A stretch of 64,000 nt of DNA from Carcharhinus amblyrhynchos (Eukaryota). The stretch lies in assembly GCA_965287045.1 (NCBI GenBank), contig OZ336882.1:45942001-46006000 (forward strand). The letters run 5' to 3'. Both the position numbers and the translations under genes were made by a program. Below, piece after piece: positions 11,116-22,303 of the stretch; the first letter of the stretch is position 1, and each line of letters begins with the position of its first letter. The notes under the pieces are model-generated. The model saw only the letters and a program-made list of their open reading frames with translations, was not told where the DNA came from and did not search any database.

Positions 11116-12660
11116 TGTAGAATGCTTACAGTACAGATGGAGGCCATTCTGCTTTTGCCAGTTCTCTGAATGAGCAGTTTGGTCCTGCCACCTCTCCCTG
11201 CTCCTTTTGCCATAGTTCCACAGTTCTTTTCCCTTTAGATGTTTATCAACTTTATCTTTGAAAGCTCCTCCAGTCTGCCTCTCTTAGCAGAAACAGCTCA
11301 GGGAGCGATTCTCCCAAAAAACTTCTAAGTGTCAAATTCGTGTGAAAACTGGAGTAATTCAAACAAGTTTATTCAGTGAGAGTTCAGAGAAGAGTCTCCC
11401 GCACTCTGTGCACTGCAGAGCTACCGGCATTGTACCACTGCAGAGGTCACCAGTGTGAAATTAACTAAAAATTAAGGGATGGGGCTTACCCCAGCTAGAG
11501 AGGCTGAAATCGGCATACTGAGTAGGCTACTGCGCAAGCACCAATCTGTCAGTGCCGGGATCGGCGCATGCGCAGTGGCCCTGCACTGATGGCCTCCCAA
11601 CTGCTGGTCAGCTTGATCATTGGCCAGCCCCGCAATGCTGGCTCTCCGCCCCCTCCATGGCCCAATTGTTGGCCCTCTGATCATTCCTGGGCCCAGCCCC
11701 GGCACTGCCCTCCCAGCCTGTCTCGAGCTCCAGCTCCTGCTCTCTCCCCACTGCAGTTCCAGCCCCTCCCTGCCTCGCCAGCCCCAGCTGACCTCCACCC
11801 CAGCCTGCTTTGATTGCTGCACTCCCTCCTTCCCCCACTGTTCCCTATGCAGAGTGGCAGCAGGACCCCCCATCCCACTGATTTTCCCCAAGGCCCTGCC
11901 CCTATGCCCCACGCCATATGGCCCATCCCCATGCCTGATGGGCAGTCCCAAGGTGCCACCACGGCATTGGCATTTTGCCCCTTGGACAGTGCTAGGGGCA
12001 CAGACTGGCAATGCTAGGGTGCCAATGTCCAGGGGACACCACCACCCCCAGCTGCTTGATTCTCTGGGGGGTGCCCCAATTGCCCCTCTTCACTCCAGCA
12101 GGTTCTCCATTAGAGGGAAGCTATTCTAAAACCCACTGAAGTGAACACTCTAGTGGAGGGAGTGGAGGGAATGTGGAAGGGTGATGGAGATGCTGGTGGA
12201 CTCAGTCTCTGGCCCGCTAATCAAATTTAAATTATATGCCAATGACCATTTAAATGATCTTTGCGTCTCCCTGCTGATTTCCAGTGCGATCTGATGCCAC
12301 CAGAAATCCGGTGCTGGGCGATGATAGTGGGGCACGAACCCTGCGAATTGGCCAATGCGAGAATCTCTTGGTCTGCAGTGCTAAAAAATTAGTGCAGCAG
12401 AATTGGAGAATCATGTCCCTCTTCTTTGAAACCATTCTCATAAGTATTTTCTGCACCCTATCTTCACATCCTCCCTGAAGTGTGGAGCCCAGAATTGGAC
12501 ACAGTAATCCAGTTGAGGCTTGGTAAAGGTTCATCATAACTTCCTTACTTTTGTACTTCAAGCTTCTATTCAGGAGGCCCAGCCCTTTTAACCACGTTCC
12601 AAATCTGTTCTACCATCTTCAATGATTTGTTCACACATACCTATAGATCTCTCTACACCA
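11116..12660 (-). mobile_element. CR1 LINE 3' fragment split by a DNA transposon
   Basis: Tail agaatgcttacagtacagatggaggccattc at 11120; ORF 12250-12561 begins MKYKSKEVMMNLY and includes RVQK, matching the CR1 ORF2 C-terminal pattern KSKEVMLNLY...LERVQKRFTRM. Confidence 0.75.
11301..12419. mobile_element. GC-rich non-autonomous DNA transposon (probably Harbinger-derived)
   Basis: Imperfect terminal inverted repeats gggagcgattctcc (11301-11314) and ggagaatcatgtccc (12405-12419); GC-rich interior explains the overlapping spurious ORFs; nested inside CR1. Confidence 0.65.
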
Positions 12661-12751
12661 TAAACTTTTATCATTCCATGATAAAATTATATCAGTCTAA
12701 TCTTGCCACAGAATATTCCTTAATCTGCCATTAGAGACATTTGAAAACATT

Positions 12752-12856
12752 GGCTGGAATTTTCTGGCCATTTATGCCTGTGGGATTTTCTGAGCACCAA
12801 ATGCTCCCTCCTCACTTGCAGTAGCGGGGGGATTGAATGGCTGTAAAATTCCATGA
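12752..12856. mobile_element. MITE-like element
   Basis: Termini ggctggaattttc and gtaaaattcca; same TIR style as 36235 and 48722. Confidence 0.5.
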
Positions 12857-13001
12857 TTTCTTCAATTTGACATTGTAGCCTCCTCTTATGAATCTCTGAA
12901 ATTGATATCAAGATACCAAGACTTTGATTCGCATTACAGATCTGATATTAACACCCGGAAACCTTGGGACCGAGATCATGTGGGATCTCGGATGTTCCCA
13001 G

Positions 13002-13047
13002 ATTTTGGATTACCCAGTGGATCAATTTTGGATTACCCACTGGATCA
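13002..13047. repeat. 23-bp tandem duplication
   Basis: attttggattacccagtggatca followed by attttggattacccactggatca (1 mismatch). Confidence 0.9.
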
Positions 13048-13164
13048 GGTGAGAGCAGGCAGGTATTAAGAATTTACTTTCAAGTTTCTGACCTGGCTTG
13101 AGGTTGTTCCATCTTTTGTTCCTGAGGTCAGCAATCTCTCCTGGATATCTATATAAACCTGTGA

Positions 13165-13505
13165 TATATTGAAGATCTTGAGGGGTGTTGGGAGGGTGGA
13201 TATAGGGAGAATGTTTCCTTGTGTTCGAGAATCTAGAACTCGTGGATCAATGTTTACTTAAGATGAAGATGAGACGAAACCTTTTCTCTCAGAGGGCTGT
13301 GCATCTCTGGAACTCTCTTCCTCAAAGGCAGTGAATCTTTGAATATTTTCACAGCAGTGCGAAATAGATTCTCGATTAACAAGGGCGCGAAACATTATCG
13401 GCGGTTGGCAGGAATGTGGGGTTGAAGTTACAATCTGATTTTATTGAATGACAGGGTAGTATCAAGAGGCCAAGTCACCTATTCCTCTCCCAATTTGTAT
13501 GCCGG
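13165..13505 (+). mobile_element. CR1 LINE 3' end
   Basis: aagatcttgaggggt...gaatgtttcc...gaatctagaact...ttttctctcagagggctgtgcatctctggaactctcttcctcaa, a CR1 ORF2 C-terminus plus UTR. Confidence 0.8.
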
Positions 13506-15167
13506 TTTATTTTCATTTAGGTGAGTTCTTCGTTTTTATCACCGAATTTAATATGCAGGCTTCATAGTGAGGACCCCAAAAATACTTGAGTGATTGCAAT
13601 GATTTTAAGGACCTGATTTTATCTGGGGCATGAGATTTCCGGCCGCACTTGTCCTGAATCCAGAAAATTCCACCCAAAGTCAACAGACCTTTCCATGTTC
13701 TGCCCCTCACTTGCTAAGATTCCCTTGGCAGGCAGAATGGAAAAAATCACCCCATTGTATTTCAAAGAGTTTATAATTATTAATTTTTTTCTCCATTCAC
13801 TGCGTTCAGTGGGCCAAGATTAATTGTCCAGTTTTCGGACAATTCCGGCTTTTGGAAAGCTGGATCTGGAGTCCTATACGCGTATCAAATTGGTTGAAAT
13901 GGCTTCATCTGGCTTTTCTCAAACATATTTTGTTGCTCAGTCCTGTTCAAATTCAAGAGGTAGCTGTAAAATTGACTGTAAGGCAATAAAAGTCAACTGT
14001 GGTGGGGCACCATGCAGGCGCTAATGAGTCAGCCAATAATTGCATACTACACCCCGTATCCCTTTTCATTGAAATCACCACTGACTTTTATCCCCTTTTC
14101 CTCTATATCAAAAATAAGTAACCCTGAAGCTTCATTCTTGTTTCGGGCTGCAAAGAATCGTATACATTTTGCTTCTTGTTAATATTTAGACAGAAATTAA
14201 ACCTCCAAATGATTATAGACATTGTTTTAAAATAAGAAGAAACAAATAAAAATGTGAAAAGTATACATTGTTCTGCTGTGCTATTGCCCTTTAGTCTGGC
14301 ACAGGATACAGGGATTTTCTTATTTACTGCCAGGAACCTATTTAAGCAGGAAGCTCTGCAATGAGGAAGCAGGGTATTTTATTGTACCATGTAACTTAGA
14401 ATGCATTATCAGTGAGTGCCATTCTCAAATGATCTTATAATTATAGGTTATTCTGAGATTTCCGTAGCAATCCTTCAAGACCGAATTCCACCAGTCTGTC
14501 CATTCTTGCAAATGGTCAAGGAGCAGGCTTTATTATTGTGCCTTCTTTCACCTCAGTTTTTAAGGCACAAAGTTCAGATTTATAACACCACTAGAAGTAG
14601 CACTAAGAAGCCCTCTTGCGGGTTCTTGCTGCACCACCCGCCAGCACCATCATATACATGCACACTCTGTATATGTGCCCATCTTGGCAAGGATCCTGAT
14701 GGAGGTCCACCACATGCACCAGAAATAACGCAGTTCATCCTATAATGGCGTCAGTGTTACAACTGCCTGATTAGAAGACCATTTTGGACAAAGCAGGACT
14801 GTTCAATTAATTCTCCGATAGCTCACAAAAGACCCAGAATTCAGCTGCAAGGTGGGCCCTACTTAAAGGGCCAGGCACTCAGTCTCCAGATAAGGTGATT
14901 TACCCCAAAATCTGTGATTGCTCAACGTCTGGTGTCAGGAAGCTAAGGTATTTTTAATTGATTAATATTTGTATTGTTGGATATTAGAAATAAAGTATAA
15001 ATTTAAGTCAGTTTAATTTTTCTGTGTAGGAAAGGATAAAACTCTATTTAGATTCATGTTAAACAAAAGTGTTTGAAGTTTTTGGTTTCAGTTCAAACTG
15101 GGTCTGCATTGTGCTTAGAGAGTTAATGATATAAAAAGTAAACATAAGCTTAGAGAAAAATAGACAA

Positions 15168-15357
15168 TAGAGTCAAAGAAACCCTAAAGTGCAGAAAGAG
15201 GCCATGTGGCCCATCAAGTCTGCACTGATCACAACCCCATCCAGCTCTACCCCAATATCTCTACATATTTACCCACTAATCCCTCCAACCTATGCATCTC
15301 AAGACACTAAGGGGCAATTTTTAGCATGGCCAATCAACCTAACCCACACACTTTTAG
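15168..15357 (-). mobile_element. HE1-type SINE, 3' half
   Basis: gtgcagaaagaggcc...gacactaaggggcaatttttagcatggccaatcaacctaacc. Confidence 0.88.
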
Positions 15358-15359
15358 AT

Positions 15360-15502
15360 CTTTCAAAGCTTTGACAAAGGGCCATCTGGACTCGAAACAT
15401 CAACTCTTTTCTCTCTTTACAGATGCTGCCAGACCTGCTGAGATTTTCCAGCATTTTTTCTTCTGGTTTCAGATTCCAGCATCTGCAGTAATTTGCTTTT
15501 AT
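15360..15502 (+). mobile_element. Penelope-like terminal repeat (family A) with decayed hammerhead core
   Basis: ttgacaa-a-gggcc-atctg-gactc-gaaa-cat-c followed by acagatgctgccagacctgctgagattttccagcatttt. Confidence 0.7.
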
Positions 15503-16704
15503 ACAGTGTGTTATACTTTCATATTTCTTTCTCATTGTTTTATATATTTTTGAATTCTTGCAGTTATTCTCTAATTCAATTGTTACAAGGTTTCTCTTAG
15601 TTAAAATTTAATTGAAAAGCTGGTTGCGGGATGGCAATCATGTTAAAGAGTTAAAGAAAAAGAGATAAATCAAATTGCAGTGAGCAGAGGACACTAATCT
15701 TGAGTTTCAAAAGGACTACTTGTTTAATTCTTGATCCCACAGAGTTAAGGATTTCTTTCAAGCTGTTATGCAAAAAAGATTTTGAAATATATGCCCTGTC
15801 CACTCTTGTTGAGAACCAAGGTCTAAGAGTTCGAAAATAAAATGCAAAGCAAATAAAGGTGTTATGCTTAGGCGATGCCACATTTAGGCTTCAAAATTCT
15901 GAGAGTTAAGGTTGATGGAGTGAAAAGAGTTTGACTACTAACACCTTTAGAAAGTTTGAAAGTTGGAGGCAGTCTTAGATCTTTTTTATTTCTTTGTGTA
16001 CTATGCTTTCGAAATTAGTTGGATGAAAGAAGCTCAGTTGACCTTTTAAAGCAGTTTAAAGATGTAATATGTGTGGGCAAAAGCATATAATCTGCAGGTG
16101 AAGTCATGACCTCCCTTCCCACCATTTGCTTCAGAAGAACATTGCAATTGTACAAGATTACAATTAGTAATTTCATGCTATGAGAGCAACATAAACAGAA
16201 ACCTCAATTAATGCATGTCCAAATTGAGGAATTGAACTTTTGAAAATGGGAGTCAGCACTGATAAAGGCATCTTGAATGGTAATTTCCAATCATTTCTTA
16301 TCTTACTCTTTGTTATGTATCTCTTATTGAGACAGAAGATGGAGAAATGATGAAGAATAATCAGAATTCTATTTGTGAAAATTCTCACAGGAGAAGTGGC
16401 AACAAACCAGATGAAGGGATAGAAAACTATAAAAAGAAGCATGAATTATTTTGGGGAAGGGAAAAGAATAAAAAGTGTGTCTAATTTGTGTGGAGCATAT
16501 TGTTATGCACATTAATGAAAGAAGAGTTTCAAACTGATCTTTACTGTTTGTGTTTAGTTTCAAGTCTTTTCATTCAAGGTTTGATTTGTCCATCTTCAGC
16601 CCTCTTTTTTTACTGTGGCCATTTTCATCCAAAGATCAAACTTATTGACACTTCCTGTGAGAAGCTAATGAACCAAATTTAATTAAAAAAGGCTTCCCTT
16701 AACA

Positions 16705-16955
16705 GAGTGGCTTTCATGACCTTGGAACATCCCAAAGCAATTTACAACCAATTAAGTACTATTGAAGTACAGTTACTGTTTGTTGCAATGTACATGACCA
16801 CCTGTTTGCACACAGCAAATTCCCACAAGCAGCAATGTGATGATCACTATAAACATTTATTGATGTTCATTTTGGGATAAATATTGGCCAGGATCCCAGA
16901 AATAATACCCCAGCTCTTTTCAAAATGGTTCCATATGATTTTTACATCCAGCTGA
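16705..16955 (-). mobile_element. DeuSINE (SacSINE1/AmnSINE1-like) remnant
   Basis: ctttcatgacc...acatcccaaagc...cacagcaaattcccacaagcagcaatgtgatgatc...gggataaatattggccagga matches the reverse complement of the recalled Deu-domain and tail consensus. Confidence 0.7.
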
Positions 16956-18219
16956 ATTTTTTTATTCATGGGATGTGGGCATCATTGGCTGGGCCAGTAT
17001 TTATCCCTGTAAATGCTGTCTACAGAATGGAACCTCAGAGTACTTCTCATTTTCAACATAGAGCATGGAGGCTGAAAAGGAGAAAATGGGCTCCTGCAGT
17101 AACAAATAAAACTCCCAACAGTAAGAAATAAGCATAATAAAACACCAGGAGACAAGGGCAACTTTTATATAATGCAAAATACTCTAAATGAAAGGCTCTT
17201 TAATTGTGTGGAATAAAGTAAATGGAGAACAAACAGCATTATGAATCATTTTAGATATTTAACTGGTAATTATGCATTAATGTGAATCAGATATATCAGT
17301 GAAATAGGCTATACAATATATTTCTGTTTTTCACTATAACATATGAGTATGAAACAGAACATTCCAGCTATGAATTTATTTTATTTTTTGATGCTGTAAG
17401 GTTTGGACCATTAGAAAATGGAGTAGGTTAGATTAATAAGACCATTAATATTCTGTAGTTAAATGCTGATGAATTATGATCCGCAGACCATCCATTGACA
17501 ATACAGTCCCACTGATCCATTACTAATGAGGGATGATGGTGCTTTTATCTGATTAATGGAGGGCTCACTCCAGTGATAACATTATTGCAAGTCACCAGAT
17601 ATTTGGTAGTTGTTTGTCATAAGTATTTGCAAAAAAAACTAAAACTGTCACATCTGTTTTGTAGCCTGAAAGCTATCTGCCACCTACAATCCTTTCCAAC
17701 TTAAAAAATGAAGCAGTGAATATTTTAAAGAATGTCATTGAAAATTTGTTTTTCTTTTTTGCTGTCCTTGGTTTGGCCTTGTGCACTATAAAATGTGTTT
17801 GCAGGATGTGCTTATTTCATAAATTGAGTTTCATCATTTTAGTAAACACAAAAGACTGGACTACTGCTCCCAAAGGGTAACTGTGCCCTATAAAGAGGTA
17901 TGCAATCTGTAACTTTGTGGTAGAAATTTACATTGGCTGGATAAAGATTATTTACCACTATTCAAGTAAGTCAAATTTTGGTTATTTGCCATAACAGTTG
18001 ACAATTTTCCCCAAAAAGAACAAAATGCATATTCGTCAAACCCGAGCTTCTTGGACGGTGACGAGGTTGGAGAGCAGAATGAAGCAGAACATGGGGGTGT
18101 AGTACAGATGTCAGCTTAATAATACAAGGGAGAGTCAGGTGGAATATAAAAAGTATAGAGGAGAAATGAAAATTGGTCGTTTGATCGTGTAGAAATTGAA
18201 TATTGCTTCAAAAAGAGAC

Positions 18220-18930
18220 ATGCTGTTGAAGCTTTTGTCTTGCACTCCTCAGAACAGAAGCAAGATTGCCAAATTTCATTGGGAACAACAACTTCCACTG
18301 CATGAGAAAAGGATTGGTTGCCATTTAGCTTTGATTGTTTGAGATATTGCCATGGTGACTGCACCAGAGAGCTATTATCCCCTATGCTTTTGTTTGCTCA
18401 AAAAGGTGCCATGTCTGGCAATTTTCTTTTTGCCTGCAGAGGATGCATCAAAGCTATCCTGGAGGTTAATGGCTATCCCGATCAGATCGTTGCTCACTGT
18501 GCATTGCAAATATTCCTGAATAGGCTAAAGCACCTCAAAATTGCCCAGTCAACATCAAATTGCGATGGAAGGCTAAAGTATCTCAAGAATTTGATGAACA
18601 AGTGAAGTGAGTCATTTTCCACTGCTAGTGTGCAGTGGCAACACAAGTGGTGCTTTCCACTAACAGGATGACAATGTCAAGCCAAAAAGGTGTTCTGCCA
18701 ACCAGACAAATGAGTAATGCAATATTTGAATTTCAGCGCTGGTGAGCTGCCAGGTGTGTAGGCTGTACGCCTCAGCAACTGGCAAGTCATATTAAACAGC
18801 ACATCCTTCTGGCTATTCCAATAGGCCGAGTATTGATTGTACTCAACCAACTAACACGCTTGCACAACTCAGCACGTGATGTTGAACGATAGATGCATTT
18901 ATGTGATTGGGCAGCATTTGCTGAACAAGT
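18220..18930 (+). mobile_element. Penelope-like element remnant (RT C-terminus and GIY-YIG) preceded by an inverted terminal-repeat piece
   Basis: IKAILEVNGYPDQIV (ORF 18318-18605); QMSNAIFEFQ...RCVGCTPQQLASHIKQH resembles the GIY-YIG pattern SNVVYEF.C....YVG.T.Q.LADRIKQH; antisense hammerhead-like motif at 18222-18257. Confidence 0.75.
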
Positions 18931-19639
18931 CTTAAGATTTTGAGGTCGGCAAACAGGACTGTTTTAGTTGTGGGGAAGCATAATATCTGACATGATCATA
19001 TGGTCACCTGCCTGACATCATGAAGCCAGTCAGCAATCGTACGGCTGACGGGGTGTGGGAGTCAGGGCGGGGGTGGGGGGTGGAGGGGGGGATGCATGAG
19101 GGGTGGGGGTGGGGGCTTCCAAATCAGAAACCTGGGGGTTCCCAAATCAGGAATTTGCCTGCCATTTTGAAACGAACAATCGGAAGTCAGTTAAACATAT
19201 TAGTTGTCCAACTGACTGCAATGATACATCCCCAATGCCATAGATTGCCTACATGTGAAGCACAGCAGATAGGCACCTGGCTTTTTTCATTGTTAGTGGG
19301 AAGGGTGGATATGAAGCTGGGTGTATGGTTGGCTTTAGCAGGAGAGGCTGCTGACTGGCTTTCCATCACCAATCTGTGAAGTGCATGAATTGCTGGACAG
19401 TATCAGGGCCATTGATCATTACAATGTCCTCAGTGGGCAATCTAACTGAATCTAATATTATTGCAACATTGATGCTAAGTCCAACAAGGGCATAGTTTAT
19501 TCCTCTGGAGATTACTCCACCTGTGAAAAGGAGAGAAGGAGGAAGAAGCCAACAAAACAGTGGTAGCAGCCATAGGAAGTGGAAGAAGGAGGCCAACCTG
19601 CAAGGGAGAAAGAGCCTGCAGAGGGCAGCCTGCAGCAGG

Positions 19640-20660
19640 TTCAGAGACACAAGCTGAGGCTAAAGCCAGGCAATCATGTGTGCAGGGGTGCTCACGGCAC
19701 GCCTGCAAATGATAGAGAGATAGTGCCTGAAGGGACTGTCTTTTGCAAGCTACTGTGACATCTCTAAATGGCATGCTAGCCCCAGAGATCACATGGGTGA
19801 CTGTGTGGGGGGAGCCATCCAATGCCGCAAAGTTACAGTGACACAATAATATTTTTGCGTCAGGTCATTTCAGACCATTGAGTGGAGACCTGGGTGAAAT
19901 AAACTTGTCTGCAGCACACTACTCCGAAGATGTGTGAGATTGGCCATGGTAAATTGTCCCTTTGTGCCAGGGTGATTAACAGGGTAAATATGGGTTACGG
20001 GGATAGGGCCTGGGTGGAATTGTGGTCACTGAGGGCTCGATGGGCGAAATGGCCTCCTCCTGCACTGCAGAGATTCTATGGTTCTATACTATTGCAATAA
20101 GGTGTTTGCAGATGCCATATTTCACCACGCAGAGCAATTCATCATCTTCACCACTGACAACAGGCATCAAAAGTGGTTTTGCAGCAATGGCAAGTTTTGG
20201 AAGAATGCACCCATGTCACCATCAAGACACCAGGAGGCAGCCATGGACAGTTATTAACAGAAAGGGATACCACTCAATCAATATCCTGACAGTCTGTGAC
20301 AACCAACAGTGTGTAATGCAAGTGTGTGCATGGTGCCTGGAAGCATCCTTGATTTGTATATCCTCTGGCACTTCCAGGTGCCAGGCATGTTTAGTGGGCC
20401 CGATGCATTGAAAGGATGGCTGCTGCATGACAAAAGGTCACCATTGAAAAAGTGGCTCATGACACATGTCCACGACTGAACTGAGTGCTGATACAATGAA
20501 GCTACGGCACAACCAAGTCCATCATCAAGCAGACCATCAGTCTGCATAAAATGAGGTTCTGGCACCTTAACTGCTGTGGTGGATCTCTCCAGAATGAGAG
20601 TGTCCTTGATAGTGGCTGCTTGTTTTGGCTCTCAACAGCACGTTGCTGAAGAGAGGAGAT
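19640..20660 (+). pseudogene. PIF/Harbinger (HARBI1-like) DDE transposase remnant; element probably starts near 18930
   Basis: KVTV...FASG.F...SGDL (about 19830-19900); INRKGYHSINILTVCDNQQCVMQVCA (ORF 20022-20411); GWLLHDK..PLKKWLMT; IIKQTISLHKMRF..L...GGSLQ. Multiple frameshifts. Confidence 0.88.
19925..20087 (+). mobile_element. HE1-type SINE 3' fragment inside Harbinger transposase
   Basis: gattggccatggtaaattgtccc...ggggatagggcctgggtgg...gaaatggcctcctcctgcactgcagagattctatggttctat. Confidence 0.85.
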
Positions 20661-20667
20661 GATTTAA

Positions 20668-21245
20668 GAAGCAGTATTCTGGGAGAAAATTAATAGCCAT
20701 TCAGACAAGTATGGACTCATAAAGATAAACCAGCATGTTATGGGCAAATTATGCTTCACCAACTTGCTTGAGTCTTTTGATAAGGTAACAGAAAGGGTTG
20801 ATGAGACCCTTGAAGTTGATTTGTGCAACAAACTTTCAAAAGCTATTTGATAAAGCTCTATGAGACTATAGGGGCAGGAGTGAAATGGCCTAGGGGATAG
20901 AACACAGCAAGCTGCGCTGAATGGCTCTTTTTGGATCGAAGGGAGTTATACAGTGGTACTCCTCAGGGTATAGTACTAGTGCCACCGTTGTTTTCGATGA
21001 CTTGGACTTGAAAGTAGAGTGGCTTGGGCGTAGAGGGCTTAGCGTTGAAATTTCCAAACGACACCAAACTTGGAAGTGCAATAAACTGCGAGAAAGATAG
21101 TTAAAGCCTTCAAAAGGTCTTGTGCATGCTGGTGGATCATGCGGGCATATGACAAATGAAATTCATGTTAAATTGTGAGGTGATATATTTTGATAGAAAG
21201 AATGAGATCAGGTGATACAGGCTAAATGGAATAGTACAATCTTAA
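20668..21245 (+). mobile_element. CR1 LINE RT fragment
   Basis: CFTNLLESFDKVTERVDE...FQKLFDK...SGTPQGIVL...DDTKLG, decayed CR1 RT motifs. Confidence 0.85.
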
Positions 21246-21664
21246 AAATATTAACCACAGGATGCATTAAAAATTTTTTCAATGGGTCTTCACTGATTGA
21301 CAAGCTGGCTGTCTGTTAGGCAGGAAAGCAGACAAGGGAGCAGATGTCAGGTCACTGTACCATAGTGGAACACGGGATGTCAGATTTTTTTGATTGGTCG
21401 GCCATTGCATGGGGTGGGGATGAGACATGATTAGCCAATTGCATGTAGGTTAGCTTGTGGAGCCTGGAGGAAACACAACCCTCCTTCTGGCCCACAAGCA
21501 GGCAAATGAAAGCTTCTACCTCATGGATCCAGCCCTTCTCCCTTGCTCCCCGACCTTCATATTTATGTGCTGTGTTCCCCGAGGTGCAGGATTGCGTGAG
21601 CTAAGAATTTTAAATGCTGTTACAATGGTGGCATGCAGCCTTCTCAAAAATATTACATTTTGTT

Positions 21665-22303
21665 TTATTCATTCGTGGAACATGGGTGTCGCTGACTGAC
21701 CAGCATTTATTACCCATCCTAATTGTCCTTGGATGGCAGTGGAGAGTCAACCACAGTTTTAACAGAGGATCAGGAGTGAACCAAGCCCCTCATAGGAAAT
21801 GGATCAGTTAGGAGAGGTGATGGACTAGTGGTATTAACGCTAGACTATTAATCCAGAAACTCAGCTCATGTTCTGGGGACCTGGGTTAAAAACCTGCCGC
21901 GACAGATGGTGGAATTTGAATTCAGTTAAAAAAAAACTGGAATTAAGTAGCTACTGATGACTTGAAACCACTGTCGATTGTCAGAAAAACCCATCTAGTT
22001 CACTAATGTCTTTTAGGGAAGGAAATCTGTGGCAGAGCTGTGACCCTGGAGTTACATGTAGGCCAGACCAGGTAAGGACAGGAGATTTTTCTTTCCTAAA
22101 GGACATCAGCAAATCAGATGGGTTTTTCCGACAATCGATGATGGTTTCATGGTTATTAATAGCTTTTGATCCTAGATTTCTTTTTTATTGAATTTGAATT
22201 CCACCATCTGCCGTGGTAGGATTTGAACCAAGTTCCCAGAACATTAGCCCTGTTTCTGGGTTAATGATCTAGCGATAATACCAGATAATACCTATTGCCT
22301 CCC
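21665..22303 (-). mobile_element. tRNA-derived SINE with CR1-like tail, interrupted by a same-family copy
   Basis: Tail 21665-21755 (ccagcatttattacccatcctaattgtcctt...gagtcaaccac) and body/head 22040-22303 (gaatttgaattccaccatctgccgtggtaggatttgaacc) match the reverse complement of 32889-33215. Confidence 0.75.
21812..22030 (+). mobile_element. tRNA-derived SINE, 5' part (nested copy)
   Basis: gaggtgatggactagtggtattaacgctagactattaatccagaaactcagct...cagatggtggaatttgaattc, nearly identical to 32891-33110. Confidence 0.85.

Noticed and set aside
11472-12129. Several overlapping 100-180 aa ORFs on both strands
   Set aside because: Artefact of the GC-rich interior of a non-autonomous transposon; Pro/Gly-rich with no domain.
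13002-13047. Short direct repeats as a possible CRISPR-like array (also 48608-48654)
   Set aside because: Only two units, no spacer series, vertebrate context; simple local duplications.
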